From Podarcis filfolensis (lineage: Eukaryota), in assembly GCA_964270895.1 (NCBI GenBank), contig OZ185448.1: 64,000 nucleotides of DNA; one strand, written 5' to 3'. Positions within the stretch are counted from its first letter, which is position 1; each line of letters opens with the position of its first letter. Position numbers and translations under genes: made by a program. The notes beneath the pieces are model-generated. The model saw only the letters and a list, made by a program, of their open reading frames with translations, had not been told where the DNA came from and searched no databases. Shown in pieces: positions 20,701 through 32,700 of this stretch.

Positions 20701-23700
20701 GAAACTGCAGAGAGCCAAGCAGCAGCAGCACCTCCAGAGCAAGGCAGTAGGAAGTCTGCTGCCCTTCCAGGGAGCCCATCAGTTACTGCAAGGGAAGATT
20801 CAGAGCTGGGGCCCTTGCCTGGGAAGGAGAAAGCACCAGCAGTGACTTTGGAAGAGGGATCCCATCCTGGGAGTGCAGAGGACCAGAGGGAGATCCAGCA
20901 GAAGCCATGTGGGCTGGAGAGAGAGGTGCAGCTGTGCCAGAGGGGTCCTGAGCCACCTGCTAGCCTGCCCAGCGGTAAGTGGTTCTGGAGCGTAAGAGCA
21001 GCAGTAGAATTGCATCATTGGAAAGCATCCCTGTGAAGTGACCCAGGCTGCCTAGGCTTGAGCCAATGTGGCTGAGAGAGAAAGGAGAGTAGCCTTTTGC
21101 AGCTTAAGAAGATAATTTCTCTTCCCCCTCCTCTCCCTATCCCTCTGCTCTATTGCGTGAGTTCTTTCCTTGAAATACTCTCTAGTGGTTGCCAAAGGGC
21201 ATGATACACATAGACTGAGATGGAGGCTGTTCCCTTCCTGCCTCTGTGCCTGTCTGGTGTGTGAAGGGTGCATTGCATCTGTTCTCACAGAGGCTGCATT
21301 GGCCTGTTGGCTTTTAAATGCTACCTTATTTATTGCTTATTAAGTACATATGTGGACTGCCTAATAGCCAGAGCTCTCTGGGCAGTTCACAGAAGAGAAA
21401 TGGAAGTACAGGCATAATTCAGATCAGCTCAGACTCCTTTGCAGCTGCAGTGAGAGCCTTCCAGGCTGTTGGAACAGCGTTCTAGCGCTCTCTGTGGCTT
21501 GATGACTGGCAAGGTCTCACCCTCCACCCTGCTATCTTTCAGCAGTTACTGTTATCTGTTTTCGGTGATTACATTGTTAGAGAAGCACAGCATGTTCTGT
21601 AAGTGCCTGTCTAGAGTACAATATGTTTAGCGTAGGTGGGAGGAGCTGGGATGTTTGTGCACTGGGGACTTGGGCTTTGCTCTGCCCATGGTTTCAACCT
21701 TCTGGACTAGAAACTAACCCCCCCCCCCCAAAAAAAACAACATAAAACAGACTTCTCCTGTATCTGTGCCTTGTACCAGCCTCTATGCAGCACATGGCAG
21801 GAAGTAAGAGGCCTGGGCACAGGATTTACAAAGGAATCTTCTTGCCTGGTCTCACTCTCTGGAACTATTGTTAAAACTGTGTTTATGGAAGACAATCTTA
21901 CTCGGCTACGAGTGATCACCAAAGAAGATGACCTTGCCTGGTAGTGTGATGCCATGCTGTTTTCTTCCAGTTGGGGCCCTTGGCTGATCATTTAGCTGCC
22001 GAGAATTTGTGTCAAGGAAGGTGCCTAGTAGCAGAATGTGAGCTTACCACCTGTCTGTTGTAATACCTTGTTCCAGGAACCCCTTTTCATCTCGCCCTGC
22101 TGAAGGAGAAGCATGTGATTGAGCCTCTGACAGGCATCACACCACCTCACATTGGCCAGCTGAAGAAAGGCCCCAGGCGACACAGCACTCCTATTGGTGA
22201 GTAGGAGACGTGGGGTGGGGTTTCTGTGAGTGATAGAGATGGGCACCGGCTGCCTTCCAGCCTTCCCAAAGTGGCCATCTTTCGTCCTTCTCTTTGCCTT
22301 CAGAAGGTGTGTGTGCTGGTGGAGAGCAAGGAGGAGACTGATCCAAGCAGCCATCAGTATAGCAAAACCCCAGTGGGAGGGAGGCCCTGTGGTAGCTGTT
22401 TACATATTGCCAGAATGGTGTGAGCCTGGAAGATACGACCTTACATTGTGCCATATTGCCTGTTCATTTTGCTCTATTGTCATATCTGACTGGCAGCAGC
22501 TGGGGCTTCAAGTGTGAAGAGGATCTCACAGCACCAGCTGACTGATCCCTCTAACTGGAGGGACTGCTAAGGATTAAACCTGGGACCTTGTGCATACAAA
22601 GCAAGTGCTCTGCCACTTCCTCTGCCATTTGGAAGCAGCTACAGACCACAAAGGGAATGACAGACTCTGCCCTTGGAGCAGCTGAGAAGTGTGGACAGTT
22701 GCTGTCTACACTGTTATAATCTGAAGCAAATCTGGATGCAGCTCCAACTGCTGCTGTGGCTTCCTCCACAGAATTCCAGAAGGTGCAAGGTTTCAAGAGC
22801 CCAAATTCTTCTTGGTCCCTTGCAGAAGTACAACCCACATAGCTTGGATTGGGAGCCCAGCTCATTCAGTCTCTTTCTGATATTAGAGCAGTTGGCCCAA
22901 GGGCTAAGGCATATTCTGGTGCTGCAGAGCTGCGATCTGCTTGGGGGTGGCCAAGAGGCTTTCTGTGCTGGTTCTTTCCAGTAAGCCTGGGTGGCTGTTG
23001 GTGAACCTGCCATCTTGCTTTGCTTTTTTCAGAGGCTGGAAACTGCCCGGACAATACCATAGCAACCAGCGATGTCACAGCTGAGGGCACCAACAATGTG
23101 ACAGTGGAGAGTGCTCTGACCTCTGTTGAGATGGAGGAGAGTGGCAAAGGGAGTGCTGAGGCCGCCTGTGAGGAGCAGGGGAAGCTGTCCTTGCGCATGA
23201 ACCTTGTGACCCCTGTGACAGAAGAGAGTGACGAGTCCCTGCCCTTCAGCCTGGACAGTAAGAGATTCAGTGCAAGAGCAGTTGCGGAGCGATGGTCCCC
23301 TGCCCTGGACTAGTGATTCCAGACAGTACTGACTACTTGACTAGCAGTCTTTATAGTTCTCATGATTCCATCTCTGCCTGGGAAGGGCTGATTTGGCAGT
23401 GCTGTTGGAAACACTTGCAGAAACCTGGCCCTTTAGGCAAGGAAGAGGTGGTCCTTGTCCTGGGCAAGTTGTGAAGAAGATGGCAAGGCTTTCTAACTGG
23501 GTGGTGACTTTTGATCCAAAGTGTTTGGGAGGGGGTGGAATGCTTCTAATGCCTTCCTCTTTGCCCCCAGAGCCCACATCCAGTGAAAAGAAGAACGGGT
23601 CTGTCACAGGAGTTGTTTCCAGGTAATAGGCAGGTACTGGTACTTAAGCCCTTTGTGACAGAGCTGAATGGCATCTGCTGGGAAAGGGGTGTGTGTGCTT

Positions 23701-26700
23701 ATGTGCCATCCTCCTGCCATCCAGTTTAGGCCCAACTGGGCCAGACTGACAGTATCTCTAGGGCTGCTTTCATCAGTTTTCCCCATGCGTGGGTGAACTG
23801 CCCATGTCAGAGAGGGCTGAGCCCCAGAGAGGTATTTGGAGGGGCAGGAAAGCGTGTCTTGCTCCCTCCATCCTTCCAGATACTCGTAGCTGCTGCCAGG
23901 GAGGTGAAGGATGTTGGTATTTAATGGCATCTGAGGGGTTTTCTGAACTAGAGGTCCTTGTGGGTGCTTGAGGCCCCAGCATTCTGGGGCCACCAAATAC
24001 TGGCCAGGTTGCCTCACTGCTAGCAGGCTCATAGGCCTTAGCTATTTCTTTGGCAGGATTGATACTTTCTGAGCCTGTCTCTCTCTTCTGCCTATAGCTC
24101 CCGGAAGGTGCCATCCGTCTTCACTCGAGTCTGTGAAGTACAGCGTGAAGAAGACAAGGCTCAACGCCCTGAGCTGCCTTGTCCACTATTCAGGCAAGTC
24201 CATGGAAGGCCTCCCCTGGTGCTGTCTCTAGGGCTGTCTCTGCGCAACTTCCCTTCCACATGAACTAATAACTCATCCCAGTGTGGGAATGTTCAGGGAT
24301 GCAGGAGAGGATATATTGTGTGATTATATCCTTATCCAACTTGTGTTAACAAGTTCCCAATATCAGCAGAGTAAAAACATTCCCCTTTATCTTAAGTTTG
24401 CAACGGTAGCGTCTGCTCAGGTTCGCTAGAACCTCTATAATAATTACTCTGGTAATTTCCCCTTTATTCCCTCTTAAAATACAAGACATGACACAGTCCT
24501 TTACAAAATATAAAAAGAGTTTACTCACATTCTGTTCACAATCGGATCCCAGAAGGCAGACAGGCTAATAAAGAAATATACGTTTGGTATCTATCTTATA
24601 AGAAGATAGTCTCTTTCTCCTCTCTTGGTTGGGAGCCAAGAGGGCATCTTTAGCATAGCAGATGTTGCTTCTTCGAAGGAAGAGAAGAGAGAGAGAGAGA
24701 TGGCTGCCCCTGCCCTGTGCTTTTGTTGTTACCTGCACAGGTGAGGCCACAACCACCTCTAGTCACATGCAGAGGAAGTCTGTCTCAGGAAGTTTACCTG
24801 CTGGCTGGACAAACATCCCTCCCCATGTCTAAACATGTACACTCTAGGAATGTTGTAATTGACTGCTCCTGTGTTTTACATCCCACACCCAGGCCATGTG
24901 CTGCTTCCCTCTGTGTGCAGTAGATACTCCTGGGAAATCCCTCCCCTAGCTAAGGTGCGTCTTGGCTTTGCTGAGCCACCCCAAGTTCTGCCTGTTGGAA
25001 TCATATGCTTGTGCCAGGCCTGTTGCCAGTTGTGAGGCAAGCAGGATACAACTAGGACATGCTCAGTGGGCAGTGTTTGTCCCAGGGCAGCTGGTCTTGC
25101 AGGGTGAGGGCTATAAAACAGCAGCAGTTGAAAGATCCTTTTTCTGAGCAGGTCTCCTGGACAGCCAGGCAGCTTATTGGGACAGTTGGCATCACACAAA
25201 TGCGATAGATTGCGGGATATTTTTCTGAATGCTGTGTCCCTTTGTGTGTGTTCATATGCATGCATGGCTTGTTTAGTCATTGGATATACCTGTCAACAGC
25301 AAAAATACACCTAAAGTAAAAATATGCCTATTCAGTCTCTGTACAATATGAAATTCTGCGTACTTGATGGTTTATGTACAGGGATTAAAGGGAAGACTCC
25401 AAATCACAGACCCTTTTAGTCTTAAATGGGTAGCCATGGACAAAGCCATGGACAAAAGGTCTTTCAACACAGTTATTCCAAATGGGGCTGCAGGCTGAGA
25501 ATCAGCTTATCTCTTAGTAAGGCAGAACTTTGCCTTTGTATCTGCTTCTGGGTTCCCTAGGAACATCTGACTTGCCCCTGCTGGTAACAGAAGACGAGAT
25601 TTGGGTGGACATTCATTGTGATCTGGCAGAGCTCCTCTCATGCTTTTCTGATTGCTTTCAGGGGTGACCTGTTCAATTTCCCAAGTTCCCAGGAGGAGCA
25701 GGAGCCACCTGCAACCTGGCAAAGCCAGCGAAGGCTTGTGCCCCTGGGTTGTGGACCAGTCCAGGACTCTGGCTTGAGCGCTAAGCGGACAGTGGGTTGT
25801 GCGGAGGAGGGAGAGGACATGGAAGTTGAAACAGCAGGAACTCAGGAGCAAAAAGAACAGAGGGCCCCCCAAAAGGCAGCTTCCGTTCTGGTGGCTGCAG
25901 GGAATGATGGAGCTCAAACGCCAAAATCTGGCACCAGCAGCAAGGGGACGCAGGCTGTGGCAGAGTTCCTTCGAGGGCCAGCGGAATTCATGTCAGCAGC
26001 CACACAGACAGTGCCTACTGGCCAGGTGGAGGTGGGGACCAGCACGGCTGGGTTGTGGCCTGGACAGCAGGACACTAAAGTGCAGGTGGAAGAGGACCAT
26101 GGATCTAGGCCTGCCAGGGCTGGGCATGCGCCAGGGACCCAGCACAACCAGGTGAGAGGGAGTTGGATCGTGTACTTGGAAAAGGGGGAGGGGGGAGAGA
26201 GGTGCTGCTGCCTGTGGCAGGGGCGAAGGATTATATACTACCTCCTGGTCCCAGCTTTTAGAGTGGGAGGTGGCCATTGCCACATGTGCCTCCCCCAGAC
26301 TTTCCAACTCTGAGCAAGGTGGGAAGAAGCAACCTCATCAAGAGAAGCACTTTGATTGGTCAGCCCAAAGGTCCACCAAGTCCCCCTCGCAGTAGTGACC
26401 AGCCAGATGCTTGCTAGTGAGAAGCCCACAAGGGTGGCAATGGCTATCCTGCCTCTGAGCGTATTTTGTTTGTTTGTTTATATTTAAATACAGTCAAACC
26501 TCTGTTATCGAACATAATCCGTTCCGGAAGACTGTTCGACTTCCGAAAATCATTCAAAAACCGGAGCAGTTACTTCTGGGTTTTCGGGAGCCGAGGTTTG
26601 GCTGTATGAGATTTATATTTAAATATATTTATAAACATTTATTTCATATGTCACAACATGCTATACAGGTGAAAACCGCACAATTACAATAAAAATGTCA

Positions 26701-29700
26701 AACAAATCAGGCAGAGCTGTCTGACAAAGAAATCTCAAACTATTGCCATCATAGGTGAATGGTTTCTGCAAGTTCATGTGATAACCCTGTCCTGTGACAG
26801 TGAATTTCAGGAGGGAATGATTGTCCAGATTCATTTTGGGGCATGTCCTGCATTTGCTGCCAGTTGCTTGTATTGGATAATTCTGGTGCTGCAGGAGGCC
26901 TCTTTTGTCACCAAGCCATTTTTAGTTGCCCTTTTATGTGCCATTTGCAGCTCTGTGAAAGCCGTTCCTGCCTCTAATAGCAAGCTCAGGTGGTGAGTGC
27001 TGATGGGATTGGAGCTAAGAAACAGTGGAGAGCTGCTGTTGCCTGTTAGTGTCCAGATGGTACTGAGCTGGATTGACCAGTGCTGTATAATTCTGTATAA
27101 TGCAGTCTCCTTTTCCTCTGACAGTGATGTTCCCCTTTCATTCCAAACAGCAGTGTGCTGTGGAGGAATCTCTGAAAACTTTCTGCCTTTTTCTTTTCTT
27201 CAGCACGAGGAAGGGTTTGATTTGCCTCGCCCGCCCCCAGGCAGAGCCCTCCGGCGTCATATACGCACCATCCGCGAAGTACGAACTGTTGTCACACGAC
27301 TCATCACAGACATCTACTACAAGGATGGGGCAGAAGTGGAACGCAAGGTAGTGGAGGTAAGGCGAGAGATGTCAAGGCCAGGACAATTCAGAAAACTGTT
27401 TCTGCGTTTTTTAAAGAGGATTTTTCCTACTTTTCCCAACCAATAATTTTGCTGTTTTGGAGAACACTGAATAAGACTCAAATAAAATGCTTTCTCCTTT
27501 GGATTAAATTAAATACGCAAGACAAACCTGTTACTCAAAATGAGTTGTCAAACACCAGCAGTTGTCAGTTGGCCACCGTAGAGGTATTGCGAGCACTACC
27601 TACTCCTGTACAGGACAATTCATCATTAAATCCCCACAAGTTCATTCCCCTAGCGGACAGGTCATGCTTGCCCTTGTTCCTTTGTGCTGCCGGATGGGTG
27701 TGTGAACCTCAGAAAGGGAAATCTCTGACCGTAACCCAGGTGATCTTGGGACAGTCACTTGTCTCTAGGCCTCCATCTCCTTCTCATTGGTTTCCTAGGG
27801 CTTCTTGTGCTTTGCCAGTTGCTTCTCTGAGTTTGTCATATTGGTCCCCTACTTGATAATATACACTATATCATGTGCATGCATATGGTATGCCCAGGCC
27901 ATTTTGGAGCCACAAATCCTGCTTCCTATCTTGCACCTTTGAGTGTTGGACCTGTGAACCTTAAGGCACTGTGATCACAAATTACCTATTTGGTGCTGGT
28001 TGGTGACGTGTGAGCATCTACTCTTGGGTTGTATACTTTTTAAGACTTACAGTAGAGTTTCTTTTACAGAGAATCTTTATTATTTACAAAAAAATTACAC
28101 CAGTCAAATAAAACAATATAATTCCTTCTCCTCTAGCCATCCGGCCAGAGACTCAATTGCTGACTCATTTACAACTCTGTTCATTTAAACACTGACTGAC
28201 CTTTGTTGACCACATGACCTTAATAAAGGCACCTGTTGCTGGGGAGATTTTTCTGTTGCCTAGCAACCTGTTCAAGACCAATTCTCAAGTTCTTTCTAGA
28301 ATATTCCCACAGCCCTCCTAATTTGAAATTCTGCCTTGAACACCTGGTAATTTTTTTCTGCTTTTACTCAGTAAGACCCAATTCCATAGTCAGCATTTTA
28401 AATTTAAAGGCCTTGTAAAAATATATGCAATCATAAACCCTGTAGAACAATAACTAACCTTGATCCACCCTTTTAAAATGCAATCTTTTACATGTGCATA
28501 GTGTATATCTAAGTCTTTTGGTTTAGGTTTACATTTTTCTGTCTTTCCTGCAACTGGACTATACACTCCAGAGTTTCCTGCAAGACTCTTTTCAAGATCA
28601 GGCAGGCATTGTGTGGGGTGTTTTCACCATCAGCTTATTTATTTCTCTGGGTTTTCTCTGGCTGCTAATACTGTCAAGGCAGGTTTTATTTTTAAATTGC
28701 TTCTTGAAAGTTTAAAGGAGCTTTGGGGAGGTAGGGAACCTTGGAGGCGGCAAGCTTTTGTCAGGGTTTGCTGCTGCAGTTCAGCTCTGCTCTTTTGAGA
28801 TGGGCGCTTGAAGTGCCTTCTCCAGCGAGAAGAACATCATTTTGCCTGTTCTGACCTTACAGGTAAGTATTTATTTTGTGGAGCGGAGGAGAGTGGAATA
28901 AAATGCCTTGCGGCTAAAGGGTGGGGCACTTTCTCTTTTGCTGATAGAGCTGAGCATCAACAGGATAGATACCCAAAGAGTTTCCTGTTTAGAATGTTAG
29001 AAAGTAGATCTGTTGTGAGAAGAGCGCTGCTCTGGGAGCTCTGCCCTGCCCTACATGTATCTGGCTGAGAGCAACTTGCCTGTGGATGGATCCCTCTTAG
29101 GATCTGAAAGCGCTGGTCCTAAGGCATCTCTCCCCTTGTACCTGGTACCTGGCTTGGCTTTCCCTCCCTCCCTTGAATCCCAGCCTGCTTTTCTTTCAGG
29201 AGAGAGAGGACCCCATCATGGAGTGCCAGGAGAGCGAGGTGGACGTCTCCCCCTCTCGCACGGGAGGCTCTTCTTCGCTTGCCTCTGGAGACCTTGGTGA
29301 CATCAGCTCCTTCTCATCCAAGGCCTCTGGCCTCCAGCGCATGTCCAGTGGAGGGAGCAGTGCCTTGTCCGTCACACACAGTGGGACAAGTTCTGGGCAA
29401 GGAGGCACTCTTCTGAGAGGAGGGAGACCTTGCCAAGGAGCCGGGCATGGAGACTTGGCCTTCCTAGGGGTCAGAAAGCTCAGGTGGGTGCAGGGCCTCT
29501 GGGAAAAGGACATCAGAGGAAGGCTTCACTTTGGGGGAGCAGCAGGGTGGAAGAGAGAGAGAGAGAGGCCATTTTGCATTCTTTGGAGTTTTGTTTCAGG
29601 TGGGGCATGAATATGACTCTGTCAGTGTGTTGTTTAACCAGATTCCAAACTGAAAGCCTGGGTTCTAAAACGAATTGAATTTATTCACAGTTGACCAGTT

Positions 29701-32700
29701 AATATTTTTGATGTCAAGAAGGTTTTAAATACTTGAAGGTTGGTGTTGTATTGAGTGATGTTTCAAACTGGGGAAAGAATGCGGCAAATCATGTTGGGTT
29801 GCCTTGTGAGCAGCTTTATTTGGGCTTTGCTGTTTACCTTGAAATGCAAGGGATAAATTCTTTGTGCCCACAGCTCTGTGCCATGACCCTGGGAGCATGT
29901 GTGGGGCCTCCAGGGCATTGTGGCTGGCAGGCAGGCTGGCTGTGCAGAGGTTAACGCTGCCTTTGGTTTTCCTAGCCCTAGGAAGGGGGGCAGCCAGCCT
30001 CAGTCTCCAGTCCATCCTGACCATGCAGCAGTTACTGGGGGGTGTGAGGAGGAAGTGCAAGGCGTGATCAACCAGAGGAGTGGCAGAGCCCCTCCAACTC
30101 CTCGCAGACGAGGGCGAAGGGGCCGCCTCACATCGCGATCGGCCGGAGCCAGGTAGTGTGGTGAAGGTCAGCTGATGCTGATGAGGGAGGTGACCCTGGT
30201 GGGGTGGAGTAGCAAGAGCTAAAGGCCCTTGCAGCTTCTCCAGCTATTTCTCTCCCTGGATCTGCAGGGCCAGCCTGCCAGCTGTGGAGGATCTGTCAAC
30301 CACAGCCTTGCCAGAAGAGGACTGCTACACACATCGCCCTTTGAAGGGGCAGGACCGCAGCATCTCCCCTGAAATCCCCTTGCAAGAGCGTCTGGGGGTT
30401 TCCACCAGCACAGAGCTTTCCTCTGCCACCACCTCCTCTTCTGCGAACAGCTTTGTGGGCCTCCGGGTGGTGGCAAAGTGGTCCTCGAATGGCTACTTCT
30501 ACTCTGGGACTATCACACAGGATGTAGGGGGTGTCAAATATAAGCTGCGCTTTGACGATGGCTATGAATGTGATGTTCCAGGCAAAGACATCTTGCTGTG
30601 CGACCCTCTCCCCCTGGAAACAGAGGTGACGGCCCTTTCGGAGGACGAATACTTCAGCGCAGGTAACTCGTCTGGCTGGCAAGGGACCTGCAGTGTTTGG
30701 GGTGGGCGGTAGGGGAGAGTTGGGTCCCAGGCTGTGAGCTGCCCTTATGATGCCTTCTGCCTTGGCTGCAGGGGTAGTGAAGGGGCACCGGAAGGAGGCT
30801 GGGGAGCTGTTCTATTGCATTGAGAAGGAGGGCCAGCGGAAGTGGTACCGGCGGAGAGCAGTCATCTTGTCTTTAGAGCAAGGGAATCGGCTCCGAGAGC
30901 AATTTGGGTTGGGCCCCTACGAACCCGTCATGCCCCTGACAAAGGCGGCTGACATCAGCCTTGGTAAGCAGCCTGTAGGCAACTGCCCTGTGGGTCTGGC
31001 CGAGAGAAATAGGGACCCCTAGGAGCTTCTTAATTGAGGGCTGGAGCTGCAGGGTGCTGGCCTTGGGTAAACTTCAGTTTTAAGAGGCACAAGTGACTTC
31101 CTTCTGCTACCCTGCAGAAAACATGCAGGGTGGCCTTGGTGCTGCTGCGTGTTGAGGTGGGAGCTAACAACATTCTCCTTGTGGGGCTAGATAACCTGGT
31201 GGAAGGAAAGCGGAAAAGGCGCAACCTTGGCTCCCCCAGCACCTCCAACAACACAACACCCACCCGCAAGGGTCCTGAGAGCCCCCAGACCCCGCACAGG
31301 CTGTCTAGCAAGAGGAAGCTAGTTGCCTCAGAAGAGGAGAGATCCCCTGCCAAACGAGGGCGGCGGGCAACCCCTACAAAGCCAGGTCAGACTGTTTTAT
31401 GTCTCCTTGTATTGCATCTCTTCTCCCTGGACCAGACTTTCCCTTCTTGGTCTCCTCCAGCCTTTCCTCCCAAACCAGAGGAGCTGGAGCTGAGCTCTTG
31501 CACCAGGAGGATCAAGGCTCCCCTCCCTCTCCATGAGAGAAATTCTAAGTTGAGGCTGCTGACCTGCTGTCAGGAGGCAGCCACAGGACTTTGATTTTCC
31601 CCCCTCCCTCCACAGGGGCTGCCTGTTCCAGGGAAGCAGTGAGCCCATCTGTCAGTGGAGGGGACTTGGGAGATATCCCGGCACCAGATGACCGATGGGG
31701 GCCTATGCCCCACAACAAGACTCTCTTTCTGGGCTATGCCTTTCTCCTCACAATGGCAGACCCAACAGATAAACTCGCCAGTTGCCAGGAGCCTGCAGTG
31801 AGCAGCGAAGAGGAAGGTGAGCGCTCCATTGCTCCAGGGAGGCTGTTGGGGGGGTGGCCCTCGTTGTCTGAATCTGGTTAAGCCACTGCTCATTTAGGGT
31901 GGTGAAACTCCAGCGGGTGACAGAAAAGGCAGAACTAGGAAGGGACCCAAGGGGGCCCACCTAGTTTAGCATCTTGTTCACATGGGGGCCAAAGGAAGGC
32001 AGCTTGGCCAAGGATCCCTGGTAGGGATTCTGCTAGCTGTTGTTTCTGTCCTCTTTGCAGGATAGTGGTGTGCCTACAAGGGCTAAGGACGTGGCAAGTT
32101 GCGGGGCTGCAAGAACTTGAAGTCAGCAAGCCAGTATCTTACTGCACTTTCCAAAGTTAGTTTATTGAGGGAATAGTTGAACCTGGGACCTTGCACCTTC
32201 CCAGCCAGTGTGCAGGCACATCACAGGAGGGCTGTTGGGCAACATGACAGTGTGAAATCCCTTGAAGGCTACTTGAGGAGCCATGCCAGGTGGCAGTCAT
32301 GCTTTCTGCTATTCCAGGTCCTAGAAGCCCCAAAGATAAGGAATTGTCAAGTGTGGGGCAGAACATGTTTGCCATCTTGTGGCCCTCTAAGAGAACTCAG
32401 TGATTTGGGGATGAGCTGCAGATCTCTTACAACTTTCATGCTCCTTACAGCTACCATTTGGGGCTCGCTTTAGGGCTCAGAAAATAATTTCACTAACTTA
32501 ACAGCCAATTTCTGAACATGGCTCCAAGTGTTGGTGCTTACCTTTTAAAACCCTTTGCAGCAAGGGGCTTGGATTTTTGAAGGACCACCACCTTCTGAAC
32601 GAATCAGCCCAGGTACTGAGGTCATCATTGAAGGCTCTTCTCTGGGTTCCCCCTCCTTCTCTTAATTACATGGGTGCTATCTTGAAGGTTTTCTTGGCAA

